Assembly: GCA_003427395.1 (NCBI GenBank)
Contig: BFEA01000035.1
Location: 3,078,330 to 3,142,329, forward strand
Length of the DNA: 64,000 nt
Direction of reading: 5' to 3'
Source: Chara braunii
Lineage: Eukaryota > Plantae > Charophyceae
The translations under genes and the position numbers were made by a program. Positions 12,682 through 25,900 of the stretch are shown here, in pieces. A model generated the notes under the pieces. That model saw only the letters and a list, made by a program, of their open reading frames with translations, was not told the DNA's origin and did no database searches. The stretch's first letter is position 1, and each line of letters opens with the position of its first letter.

Positions 12682-12730
<49 letters not shown>

Positions 12731-15700
12731 ATACACGGGGCCCGAGGAGCAGGGTCGGGGTCGGGGTCAGACTGCCAGCCTTTCCGAACTGTTGTAGTTT
12801 CCGTCACTAGTGTGAAACTCCTTTGAAGTCCGCATTTCATTCCTTACATTCAGATTGCTTTCCTATATTTAAACAGCTCTTTCGAAAGGATATGCATACT
12901 GCGCATTTGTCTTTGCTTACCGTCGTTTCAATTCTACTCTATGCTTGCCGTCGTTTCAATTTTATTCGAGCTCGCCAGTGATCTCTCTGTGAAAGCAAAA
13001 GCACCAAGGGGCGGATTGGGAATTCCGTGCAGTTCTAGGTCTGCTGCGTGGTGGCGTCAGGAGAGAGAAGGGGGAATGGCAGCAGGCATGGAAATATATA
13101 GTCCAAACTTTTTCAACTCTTTAAGTTTGAACGCAGAATAGTTCTGGAAGTCGATAATCGGAAGTTTGATGAAGCTTAGGAGGAGGTCAGAGTATTTGTT
13201 GATTCGTGAAGAAGCGTAGGCGTTGAAACTTGCAAGGTCGTATGGCAGGAAGGCTACATTCACATTCACTGGCTTTCATTCGAATTCGTACACCTCAGTG
13301 CTCGTTATCGCCGTGTAGTCTGTAGTTGAGTTTCAGCCGCCGATCAAGGTGCCGTCTTCTTCACTTTCCTTGGAGGAGGGAGTTTCAGCTGCCGATCAAG
13401 GTGCCGTCTTCTTCACTTTCCCTGGAGGAGGAGATGAAAGGGTTGGAGGGAACCCTTTGTACCGCAAGATGGGAGAATGTAGAGTGCAATATACAAATGT
13501 GAAGTGGATAGGGTGAAAGGCAGTGAAGGTGTTGGAGGACTTATTCACTGATTTTAATGAATACTTTGAACTTTGAAGCCTTCTTTCTGGCAAGGCTTGG
13601 TATTGGTGAGATGGGCTGGCCTGTGCCGTTGTAAATTGGTGAGTCGTGAGGACAACATGGTTATGGGCAAAGCTTTTGCTTCGGTGGACAATAGTACAGT
13701 AAGTATCACAAAGTTCTATGTAGTCATGCCCTGTAAGCACCCACCCCTGTACCCCTGCCATCTCTGTACACTACTCTCTCTCCCTCTTCCTTTTTTTTTC
13801 TCTTTTTTTTTTCTCTTCTCCTCTCAACCCTTCTCTCTCTCCTCTCCTTTCTTCCCCCCTCTTTGCGTCTATTCCGCACTAGTGTGCACCCTTTTCTGCA
13901 ATACTTTCTTCCCTTCTGTACTCAATTCATTGCATTATCTGAACAGAAATTCAGCGTGTAGAACATGTGCACAGTCTGCAGATTTTTTTTGTTAATCTAA
14001 GAAGAACACTTCTTCCCAAATTCTGTATTCTGTGGAACCTCACCACCTTCTCCTTCCTTCCTTCCTTTCTTCCTTCCTCACCACCTTCTCCTTCCTTCCT
14101 TCCTTCCTTCCTTTCAAGTCTGTGCAACACTAGGTCTACTATGTTGTTATCTTTTCTCTGTTCTAAAGGGCAGAACCACAATAGAGATACGTCTTTGAGG
14201 TGCAGAAATATTCCTCCGACAGAGGATGGTGTATGCCCATTTCCCTTCTTTTCCCCTTTTCTTGTTTTGTTCGAGGACTCTTCTCTCGTGAAATTGCCTT
14301 TCGTTGCTTTCAAACTTTTTGATCCATCAATCAGCATTGCAAACAACGGTAAAGCTCTCGGTCCTCCGATTTCTAATATTTTTGTTGCTGCGGCCTAGTG
14401 TGTTGTCAAAACATGCAGATCTTGCGTTGTTGCAAAGAAAGTGTCCAAGCTTTCCCAAGCATCTGAGTCTCCTTCCTGCTTCAATCCATGGAGGCCTTGA
14501 ACTGGGCCATTCCACGGCGCGCGCAAACCATCATTTTGTTCTCCAATCCACACTGTCATGGCCCTCATCACAAGTGCAGTGTTCTCTTCTAAATTGTGAG
14601 GCAGGGCTCCTCATCAAGGAGTGTGTTGGCAGAATTCTTCCAAAGATAGCAAGTACATGGGGTAAGTTCACTCGTCAGTGAGCCCTGGACCCCCTTGTCC
14701 CCCCCCCCCCCCATCCACTCTCCCTCTTTCCTCCTCCTCCTGCCCTACGATGCATGCACAATCATGCATTCCTACTCTCTAAGTTATACATCACGTAGGC
14801 AGAAGCCTTGCTAAGATTGCAAGTGGACACTAACTTGGATCTTCTGCCTGTGTTTGCTCCTTTCCCTCCCCACACACCCCTGCATAGAGTCCCCCAGTAG
14901 GGTCAGTAGTCATAACGTTCGCGAAGCGAAGCGTACACCTGTTGAGTAGCTGACTGTGGCTCGAAAGCAAGGGGAGAATCACTGTGTGTGGGTACTCTGT
15001 GTCCGAGAACGAAGTAGAACCGGGATCTTGTACTTTGTGTGGGTGTGGACGTTACATTCACTTGTCTGCGTGCATGGGACAAGTGAACGGTTTGGGCGAT
15101 AGCATGCATAGACCAAGGAACGTTAGAGAGACAAATTAGGAAAAGCTCACGTCCAGCCTGTGGGACTTGTCAAGATTGACAAATGAAATGTTCAAGACGT
15201 TTCGAAGAATGTGTTTAGAAGAATATGAAGTGTTTTTGTTTCGCTTGTTTCTTAAATACTATAGGCAAGTCTTATGTAGGAATCTAGGCTACCAGAGTCA
15301 CCTGGCCGGGCGACCCATGGTACTGGAAAATAGGGCCAAAGATCAGGAACGTAATCGGTTCGAGCGCGAGTCATGAGCTCGTGCTGATTGCATTCCTGGC
15401 AGGGACATAGGAGTGACGCGTGGCACGTCTAAAGGGTAGAGATGTAAACAGCACGAGTGTGACGACTCGCTCTTACAAGGCATTCCTCGTTCAAGCCTTA
15501 TGAGGAATGCCTAGCAAGCATCAATTATTTTGCTTGTGCCGAATGAGCAACCCGTAGTAAGTGTGCATCATCACGCTGAGCTGATTCAAGCCCCTCTCGT
15601 TTGTACACATTGAATTCCTCGTCACGCTTACGAGGCATTATGAGGTAATCCTTGTTCACGCTTGGCAGGGACGTGATCAGCATGAGCCGATGAACTCATG

Positions 15701-16099
15701 CTTACTTGGCATTACTCAAACTCAGCCTTCGGCCGCCTGTCGCTTGGCCCACTCGTTCGTTCAAGATCGGTAATCACATCCATCCCCATCCAAGAAGATG
15801 AAGGTTTGAAGAAGAAAATGGAGGAGGAGCGGGAGGAGAAAAAAAACAACTATTTGCAGGAGGAGGAGGAGGAGGAGGAGGGGAAGAAAAAGAAGATAAT
15901 TAGCTTACCTGGCGGTGCAGAGGGCATGGATGGCCAGGGAGGGGTGTTCACTGTTCATGGCTGTCTCGAGCGGCCACTCGGTGAAAGTTGCGAATTCAAA
16001 TTTGAATGCCCAGTGTATCTATCCTGGGTGGGCTTGAAGCTCCTCAGGCCACACATGAGGTCTTGGCCGTGGATCATCGGCGATCTCATGTTTGTTAAT

Positions 16100-17150
16100 G
16101 GCCAATTCAGGCTGACCCTAATGGGCGAAAACGGGCGTTTTTGAATTTCCACTGGCCTGTCTTGCTGACCCGGGGACTGGATCTAGAATTTGGCTTCCAA
16201 ATCCAAGGCTGCTCTACCGGAGGCCCTCAAGTCCTTCTGACTTACTGAAAATGGGGTCTGTATATAAGTTATCGGGTAGCCTAATAATTGCAACTTGTTC
16301 TGGTCTGACATGGATAAGCCAGGGGCAGAGGTTTAGTCTTTCCCAAACTCCGTAGAGCTTGGAGAGGGATCTCTACCATTGTGACTGACCTAGCCTCACA
16401 AACTCTACAACAACTTTCTTGGCTCTCTCTTACCTCTCCTCCAGACCCTTAATGTGTGGTCCAATCCTATCCTCACAAACTCTACAACAACTTTCTTGGC
16501 TCTCTCTTACCTCTCCTCCGGACCCTTAATATGTGGTCCAATCCTGTTGTAAACAGCCCAGTCGGCCAGCTGTTTTCGGGCCTTACTGGCCTCAGAAGTA
16601 GCCCAGTGAAGTGCAGGTCTTCCCAAACGGGCCACAGTGGACTGCACCTTGGTAACCTCTGGGCAAGTGAGTTCCTTGAGGTACCATCGCATAGAGGCAG
16701 TCCAATTTGCGACATCCACTGTGGGGTTATTCTCAGTGAATGTGCCAGGTCGGACTGTCTTTGGACGCCTTGGATTCTGCTGGCCTAGACTGCAGTCACT
16801 TTAGCCCCAGAAGTCATAGGGTGCTCTGCCATAAGCTGCAGAGACTGCACCTTTGGAGGCGTAGCTGGTTTGCTCTTAGGGCTACCGGCTTGGGATGATG
16901 CAACAGTAGAGGATCTTGGATTGGAATCGGGTGTAGCAGGAGGAGTAAGAGTAGGAATAGTGGGAGTAGGAAAAGGGAAGAAACATAGATTACTAGCTGC
17001 CACAAAACGGTCAAAGGAACTTGCAAAGGAGGAAAGTTTAGTCGATGATGGACAATTTGTTCGCCATCGAAGTCAAACTTTCATCCTAGGAGGTTTGTTC
17101 TTTCTCGACTTCCTTCTGCTTCTCCATCTTCTCCAGCCGTAACTAGGCTG
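16100..17150 (-). mobile_element. Degenerate Ty3/gypsy gag fragment
   Basis: Minus-strand DVANWTASMRWYLKELTCPEVTKVQSTVARLGRPALHW fits the retrotransposon-gag W..M..YL...KV....L.G.AL.W pattern; AALDLEAK follows downstream; stops and frameshifts present. Confidence 0.65.
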
Positions 17151-17158
17151 CCTCTGTA

Positions 17159-18957
17159 GTGACAGGCAACCTGCAATTCCCTGCACCGACTGAACTCCCT
17201 TCCCCCATTCCGGAAGGTTCAAACAACAAGATAAACACGGAAGTTGTCAGAGGCTTGAGATCATTTACTATACTAGTCTACTCAGATATGGAATGTGGTG
17301 CTGACTCCAAACCCAAATAGAGTAACAGACTTGCACGGGCTGTTTTCCGACTGACTTGCGGGAATGGCACCGACCAACAAGACTGACCAACAGGGTCGTA
17401 CATCCAATGGCATCCGTGATAAATCTGTCAACTCCTATTAGTCGGTTCACGCACCAATTCCCAACTCGGTGTAGGACAGTTTTCAGTAGGTGGAGGGACT
17501 GACAACAATGACGGACACCTAACCGCACATGAACACAAGTCACACAACCTTGACCAGGGAATATCTTTTCTCAAAATTTTATTTATTTGTTGGTAGAAAA
17601 CAAATGAAAAATGAGAACTTGATTCAAATTACCGTTCACATGCAGAACACAAATAACAAGAATTAGACTGCGCTGTTTGTATACAAACTGCAAAGGTTAG
17701 AGGAGTTAAACAGGCTGGGTAATACTAGGGAAGGTGGTGCCTAATAATATATATTCGCCTAATGATCACAGGGAGAGGTGCACCTTAATACAAGGGCTGG
17801 ACCAGCTCATACCATTGGTGTCGCCATGTGTGATAGGAGGCGACTGGAATGCCACATTGGACGCTATAATGGACTGTATATTGTGCTCGGGCCAATCAGG
17901 ACAAGTAGCAACTCGTATCTGTCATCTTACTCTTGAGCATTGTAACGATTTGAACATCCACTATGTAACGATTTGAACATCCACTATAATAAAAAAAGTA
18001 TGTTTCTCCATAAATTCGAAAAAATATTCATAATTTGTTCATCATTCAATACAGACCATGCAGCCTTATGAATCGGATAGCCTTCAATGTTACATAAATG
18101 CATTATGAATTAGATTCAATACTGGCATTTTTAAGATCCTTTTCGCACTCGGTGTCCAACCACAAAAGCATTCACACTCGTCAAGAAGAACAACGCCCAC
18201 CAGGGTTGTCAGGCGGGGAACCCCGGGGGCGGAGCCGGAGTGGGTGCATGACCCTCGGATCCTCGACGTGNNNNNNNNNNNNNNNNNNNNNNNNNNNNNN
18301 NNNNNNNNNNNNNNNNNNNNNNNNNNNNNNNNNNNNNNNNNNNNNNNNNNNNNNNNNNNNNNNNNNNNNNNNNNNNNNNNNNNCCCGCCCCCGCCCCTTC
18401 ACCGCTACCAAATTTTCGCCCCTCAGTCAACCATCTCTCGAATGCGCTGATGCACAACCTGCATCAGGGAAGTGCTAGTCCTCTCTGCTCCTATGATGTC
18501 TTGTCTATTTGTCGTTTTTTCTGGGTCATCGTTATGCATCTTATCGTACTTGCAAAATCAAATAACATCAAGAACGTCGTGCAAACAAAACACAGTATTG
18601 CTTATATTCAATCAACTTTAAGTAACACTTGGTTGCTAGACAACGGTACTCCACTTGTTATTGCAGAGAGGCGAGTTTTGCTGGCTTCGTTTTTTTTAAG
18701 CTAGTTGAAGCCATTTAACATTTCTTAGCGATTCCTTGCTGATGTTCAGGTGTTTCATCCATATGGCTTCCACCGGGTCGCGCACATTAACTTTAGATCG
18801 GAGCAGTCTGTATGTTGATTTAACTGTTATATTGCGTAATGATCTGGCATACCTTGCCCCTACCGGATGTGCTTGTCCACAACCATTCGGCCAGGTTCAG
18901 GGGCAGCTGGTATATCATAGTATTTGGGAGAAACATTACCCTGTAGCTTTTTTCCAG
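17159..18957 (+). mobile_element. Degenerate L1-type LINE fragment (APE endonuclease motifs), copy 1 of a tandem duplication; contains an N gap
   Basis: NCKG at ~17685 and NIYSPND...VIGGDWNATLD at 17743-17862. Homologous to 18958-19120 plus 29750-31030. Confidence 0.7.
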
Positions 18958-19120
18958 TGACAGACAACTTGCAATTCTCTACGCTGAATGAAAGTCCTTC
19001 CCCATTTCGGGAGGTTCTTTTCAAACAAGAGGATAAACGTGGAAGTCGTCAGAGTCTTAAAATCATTTGTTGTACTAATCTACTCAGATATGGAATGTGG
19101 TGCTGACTCCCAACCCAAAC

Positions 19121-19431
19121 TGCAGCGGGCCTCTATCTGCCATGACCTATAGTCAGGGCCTACTCGGCTATTCGCCAATTCGGCCTGTGGGACCAGGTCG
19201 TGGCCTAACCCCACAGGCCGTGGTTTGTCCAGTCCAGTTCAGTTCAGTCCAGTCCAGTTAGTCCACTGGGGTTATACCCCAGCTGCAGTCTGTATTTCCT
19301 TATTCTCCACTTTTGCACATCTTGGAGTACGTGCATCGGAGTTGCATTGTGCCTTCCAACTCCATCTCTACCTCCTCCTTCGTCAACCCTCCTCCATCCT
19401 TACGGACCGCCATCCCGGCGGGTCCGGCACA
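19121..19431 (+). repeat. 5' LTR
   Basis: TGCAGCGGGCCTCTATCTGC...GGTCCGGCACA, repeated at 29386. Confidence 0.93.
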
Positions 19432-19432
19432 C

Positions 19433-19447
19433 TGGTATCAGAACAGG
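19433..19447 (+). promoter_or_regulatory. Primer binding site (initiator tRNA-Met)
   Basis: TGGTATCAGAACAGG directly after the LTR; canonical form is TGGTATCAGAGC. Confidence 0.9.
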
Positions 19448-21119
19448 TGTTTCTCCCTGATCCCCTCCCTCACCCACCCCCTTCATCATTTCACACACAG
19501 CTTGAGCAAAAAAGTTCGCCACTTCATTTTTATCATGGCACCGGTGCATTATTACTCGTAACTTCTGCATCGGTGTCCAAATTTTTTAATCATATCTTGT
19601 TGGAAATCTCTCGACAGGACGCTTCCAGCGAGTCATAGATTGTCAAATTATGTGCGCTAGTTTTGGAGCTACGATTGTTCAAAGATCAAGATTTATTTTT
19701 TTTCACAACTTCAAAATCGTGCGCGCTCGGTTTTTTGACGAGGGCTATTTTTTCAGGCCGCGGCTGAAGTCGCGCTATATCTTGTTGGAAGTGTTTTTGA
19801 AAAAGTTTTCCAGCAAGTCCTTTTTTGCCAAATTATGTCCAGCGGATCAGAAGTTGTTGGCAAAAAACGGATTTTCCCTCTATCTCTTTTCTTCCTCCTG
19901 GTGACCATTAGAATGCTACGTGACAACAGTAAAAAAAAAACCTGGCTAGGGGGCTGCTCTACATTGAAGACTATTATCATTTGTTTTCGGCAGATATGAT
20001 CCTCTCTGATCAGATCCAATTGCTTCAACAGCAGTTGTGCAGAAAATCGAGAACCCCCTAGATAGGGGGCTGCACTACATGTGGAGAGAGTGAGTTTGGG
20101 AGAATAAGATCTTTCCCAAACCCTTTACTTCGCAGATGTGATCAATCTGATCAGATTTTTCTGCCGTGCTGCCAGCTTTGCAATAGTTTGAAGACCCCTT
20201 CTTCCAAAGGGTAGCTTGAAGGCCAAGATCCACTGGATCTTGGTGCTTTTTCTGCTCTTGTCTACCCAAAAACTTGGTATCGTCTTTCCTTCACTAATCT
20301 ACTCTCTCACCCCTTTTGCTTTCTCTCTTTTCCATCCTCTATCTTTTTCTAACTGTATCACTAATCCTTCATCATTTTTCACTCTCCTCTCCTTTTTTCT
20401 TCACTTTTCTCCCCACTTTCCCACTGATCTCCCTTATCCCTCACTCTTCACTCGTCTTCCATAACCTTTATCTCTCCTCTCCTCCCCAGTCACCATCTTC
20501 TACTAATCTCATCTACTCCTCTCCGCCTTTTCCATATCCTTCTCTCTCATTCTACCACCACCCTTTCTCTCTTTCCCCCCAACTACAACCCCATCATCTT
20601 CCCCATCTCCCATTTCACTCTTTCTCTCTCTCTCACCTATTTCTCTCTTTCTTCATCACTCTTCCATCCCCCTCCCCCCCTAACTTCGAATTTTTTATTT
20701 ATTTATTTTTTTGTCTTTCTCTTTCATTTAAATCTCTTTTTTTTTTCCAAAAATTCAAATTATTTTATTCCCCACCTTTTTTTTATTTATTTTTTTTTAT
20801 TTATTCTGAAAAGTTTATTTTTTTTGCGGCACCCTCAAATCTGATTAGGACTTAGTCATTCTTGCTTTCGGCACACATTTTGTTCGGCACGCATTTTGAC
20901 CCCGTGGGGGTAACGAAGTGTTGCCAAAATTTTTTGTTTTTTTTAATATTCTTTTCAGCACATTTTGATCCCTTGGGGGTAGCAAAATCTTCTCATTTTA
21001 GTTAGCCTCTTTTCTTGATGGCATACTTCGACCCCATAAGGGTAACAAAATGTTGCCGAAAGTGTTGAAAAATCCGACACTTCAGTTTCTCATCACCTCC
21101 TCATCTACTCATGTATTTA

Positions 21120-21150
<31 letters not shown>

Positions 21151-21316
21151 TGTTTTGAAAATTATAATTTGCGGCATGGTGAAACTTAGTGTGCTTCTCT
21201 TAGTCTCTCCTTCCTCTTTGCACCTTTGTGAACTCATTGGGGTAGGAAAATGCTGCCAAAAATTCAGAAACAATAAGTATTTTTGTTCTTATCACCTTTT
21301 GCTGCTTTTTTTTTTA

Positions 21317-21699
21317 GGGATAATTTGCAAAATACCCCCTTAAGTTGAGATATATGCCAAAATGCCCCTAAAAGAAGTGGGTAGAGCGGAATGCCCCTCT
21401 GACAATTTATTTTTTTTGTGAAATACCCCTAGCGTTGGTTGGACCCCCACCTTTGCAATATACCCCTACCGGGTACCGTCGAACTTTGCAAAATGCCCCA
21501 GTACTTGTCAACTTTTCCTAGGCGCTATTGCAAAAGGCCAAGGTCCAAATGGGGACGTCCAGATTGCGAAGTTGCACACCTGTCTGACAGAGGCACCACA
21601 CAAAGATTTCGGCCCAAAAGGGCATTCCGCTGTACCCACATCTTTCAGGCGTATTTGAACATATATTTCAATTGATGGGGATGTTTTGTAAATTACATT
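21317..21699. mobile_element. Mutator-like MITE nested in the gypsy leader
   Basis: ~80-bp imperfect terminal inverted repeats (GGGATAATTTGCAAAATACCCC...GCGGAATGCCC vs GGGCATTCCGC...GGGGATGTTTTGTAAATT), flanked by TTTTTTTA on both sides. Confidence 0.75.
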
Positions 21700-22916
21700 T
21701 TTTTTTAATTATTTGTGTTTTTAATTTTTGTTTTGCAATTTTATTATTTATTTTATTTTCTCTCCTCCTTCTTTCCAAGGTTACTCTCTTCTTTTCTTGA
21801 TTAAGTCGCTGCTACCCTACCCTAACCACCCAAACCTCGGTTAGGGTTTTTTTAGGGTTCAGGGTTCTCCTACCCCCCCTCCTCTCCCGCTTCTTTCCGT
21901 TGGGCACCTTCGACCCAAATGGCTCCTCTCCCTTCGAGCGGATTCGCGGCACCATCTCACGCGCAACCCGCTAATCAGGGAGTGAGCTGACTCACGATTA
22001 CCCACTCCGCTCCCGCGGTCCCTCTCTCTCACCGATGGTCCTCTATTCCCACTCCATAACCCATCTCCTTCCCCACCTTTTTCTCCATCTCCCGCCATGT
22101 CTACCCCCATGCGTCCACTATTCACGGATGGGGCTACAGCTAAGGAGATCGTCGCGACGCCCTCTGTCTCTCAGGCGCCCACACACCCGACGATCCAAGG
22201 TCAGCACTCTGTGGAACCCACGGACCTTCGCGCTATTCTGGCGTTCCTCCTTGCACCTCTGTAATGCGCGCCTTGATGCGCTTGCACTCTTGGAGAGACA
22301 AGTAAATGTGCTCGCCCTTCGCTTCTTGAAGGGTTCTCCTCGTCGCTCTCCCCATCGCTCTCAGACCTTCTCCCCTAAGTCCATCTCTCCACGACTCCAA
22401 AGACGGAGACGTGGTGGTTCGTCCTCTTTCGCAGGGCAGACGCAGCACTACCCATCCGCAGTGGTGAGTGTTGTTGTCTCTCAGGTCATACCGTCTGTTG
22501 CGGCACATCCATTGGCCCCCGCCGCTTCGGCCACTGCCGCATGTGCTGTCGCCCAGATACTGGTACAGGCAATTTCATCTACCCACCTAGGTGCTGCTTC
22601 CGAGCTTCGGTTGCTATACTACGGCCCGAAGTTCTTCCTCCTCCCGCTAGGATACTCTCTCCACCTCCACCTCCGACCTCGCGCACCCAGCAGGTGGCTA
22701 CCCTATAGGCCACCATGGCGCAACTCCAGGCGGAAATTCTCTCCTTGAGATAGGTCGTTGCCTCCACGTTTGCTGGACCTTCCACCAACGGCCCCGGCTC
22801 TCATCTTGCCACCACTTCTACTTTTGCACCTGCCCCGACATTTGCCGCTGTAGTGCAGGCCCATCAACCTCTCTCCCCTCAATGTCTGGCCCATCAACCT
22901 CTCTCCCCTCATTGTC

Positions 22917-25900
22917 AGCGTGCGTCTGTCGAACGTACACGACTATGATGGCACCATGCGCGTGTCGCACTGGTTGCAGGCTGCTACACATGTGCTGACT
23001 CTGACCAACACTGGTCAGGAGTTGTGGTGCTCGTTCGCAACTAAATTGCAAGGCGGCGCGTTCTCCGCATGGGAGAACTATTATTTCCATCGTACTCGTG
23101 CAGGTGAGGCTCCTACTCGAGCAAATTTCACCGCGTTCCTCCATGACCACTATGACACTCTCCACGATGCGACAGACGCCTTAGATCAGGTCACCCAGAC
23201 GCAATGGTGCGGGTCCTCCGCACCAATCGATCTTGAGCGTCACATCAAATTGTTTTAGGACGCCTGCCTCATTTGTGATGAGGCACTCCTACCTAAGGTC
23301 CTTTTAACCGATAGGTTCATTGTTAGTTTTTCGACTGACTATCGCATCGAGCTCTGACAACAAAGCTTCGCCTCCTCAGAGCATGCCTACGAGGCTGCTC
23401 GACAGTACCTGAAGATGAGGAGTCGCTTTCCTTCGACACCCCATCTTTGCGATCCACCACCGCCGCCACCCAGTCACGCGGTGCTACTCACGGTCGATCG
23501 TCTTTCGCCGGCCGCTTTCGCCGACCAGCTCGACCTGGAGTGTCATTCTCTCGGCGCTACAACTCTTTGAAGTACGGCGAGGATGCCTCGGCTGAGCTTG
23601 TCCCTACCCTTGGGGGCGCCCCCGAGGACATCGAGCTCCGAGACGTCATCCAGTTGACGCTGTCCCGGTAGCCGAGCGCCTGCAGATGGCCATGTCCGCC
23701 ATGGGTCGTGCGTGCAGTCAAGTTGCACAGGCTGGCGCCCGCACGTTCACGGTTCCTCGGATAGACCACTCGCAGGGTTTTGTCCCTTGTCGTGGAGCTT
23801 TATCCCTTGAGGAGCCCTTGAGGAGCATGCCGCCCTCGAGGCCCATTGCGGTTGCCTTCGTTGTCGCCAGAATGGACACACCTCCGCGCGGTGTACATAC
23901 CATGGCGCCCTTGATTGACACTATGCTGACATCTCTCGTCAGCGCCGATCTCAGTCCCTCCCCGTCCTTGCCCAGCCAGCCCCACCCAGCTAGCCACGGT
24001 GCAGTGTACCACCGAGGTCTCGCACGTAGCCGACTTCCCAACTACTGAGTCGCGGTTTGCCCCTTTGGCTACCCCACCAGAGGATCCTCAGGACACGACA
24101 GACGTGGTTTCCTCTGCCCCGCCGTCTGTCATGGTAGCGTCTGCCCCACAGCAGACCGCCACATCTAGTCCTCCCCCTCCGAGACGTTCGACGTGTCGCG
24201 CCATTCGCACAGCTCGTTGTAGCTCTCAGCTGGCGATTCGTGATAATGTTGTGTCATCTCTCCTGGATTTGAGCATTCTTCAGGCTCGTCAGGAGTGACT
24301 CACGAAACAGACCAACGTCCTACGCCGTCTTCTCACTCTGCTCTCTGACCCTGATCGCACCCTCCCCATCATTCTTATCCGCTTGGGGACATCTATGAGG
24401 TTGTACCGCGCTTTATGGGACTCAGGCTCGTAGGGAGACTTCGTTCACCCTCACGTGGTGGAGGAAGTTCGCATAGCTACCTCCGGGTCTCGCTTTCCCA
24501 TCTCCCTCGGAGATAACAAAAATGCAGCGCTTCTTCGATCAGACGGTCTCGACCTCCACTTTTTCTTCACCCTCCAGCGATCGGATAGTACCCAGGCGCC
24601 TCGGCACTACGATTCCTCCGCATACTTCGACGTGTTGAAGACTAGGTATGACTTTATCTTTGGCACTCCCTGGTCTCGCCGGTTTCGTGGTACAGAGGCC
24701 GAATCGGTGACCGAGACACTCGTCCTCAAAACGAAGTGTGGTCAGTCCCATCGAGTCCCCTTCATTGGAACCACAGGCGATACCCCTCCCGACCTACCTC
24801 CCCCTCGTTCCTCTGGGTCGCACCTAGACATCGCCTTCACTTCTCGTCAGTTTGCTCACTTCATAGGACAGGAGGACGTCACGTTCTACTCGGTGAATGT
24901 CATGGTTTTTCGCTACGATCCACTCTGTCCCAAGGTTTAGCTCATCTCATTGAAGCCCGATCCCCCCGACCTTCCTCCATCTCCGCGGCTACGATCTCTA
25001 CATCCACCCCTCAGCCTGCGGATGACCTGTCGACATCCCAGGTTCCTACGCAAGTGGCGAGTCCACCCATATGTTTGGTGCTGATGCAGACATTGAGGAA
25101 CTCACGCGGTTCACAACCGACTTAGAGTCCGTCGTTCGCGATTTGAGTCGAGAGTACCGCGGCTTTTTTTTTTCCCTCGTATTACTCATAGAGTGAGATT
25201 CCTCTCATGCGCAATGTTGAACATTCTATCCAACTTTTGTCTGACTATCATGTCCACCATCAGGCACCATACCGACTCTCGATTCCAGAGGTGACGGAAC
25301 TCAAGCGTTAGGTTAGGAGCTCTTTCGACTGGGTTTCATTAAACCCGGTAACTCCTCTTGGGTTGCACCGGTCCTCTTTGCTCGCAAAGCGCACAAAACT
25401 CTTCACCTCTGCATTGACTACCGCGATCTTAACTGTTATACGGTTAAGAACAGTTATCTCATGCTTAACGCGAATGAGCTATTTGACCGTTTGGCAGGCA
25501 AATGCTTCTTTACGAAAATCGATCTTTATAGCGGTTACCACCAGATCCACGTAGCAACAGAGGATCAGCCAAAGACCGCCTTTCGGTCGCGCTTCGGCCA
25601 CTATGAGTTCACGGTGATCACGGTGATCCCATTCGGCCTCACCAATGCACCCGCCACCTTCCAGATGGTGATGAACGACATCTTCAGGAACATCCTTGAA
25701 GAATACGTTCTCGTATACTTGGACGACTTAGAAGATCATCTCAGACACCTCTGCGATGTCCTATAGCGCTGCCAAGCTTAGTAAGTGTCGCTTTGCCCAG
25801 AGCAAAATGAACTTCCCAGGACACCATGTGTCCGATCAAAGTCTCCACATGAACGATGTGAAGATCGTTGCTATTGTAGAGTGGCCTATTCCTACATCTG

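Noticed and set aside
12662-12729. ~68-nt poly(G) run as a G-quadruplex or poly-Gly/Pro exon
   Set aside because: Homopolymer of unreliable length; no supporting context.
15373-15692. Weak inverted repeat with an inner 10-bp hairpin (15479-15511)
   Set aside because: Too degenerate to define element ends or a TSD.
9800-15900. Many 60-150-aa ORFs downstream of ATG1
   Set aside because: No recognisable domain and no consistent exon chain; a diverged gene or TE cannot be excluded without a search.
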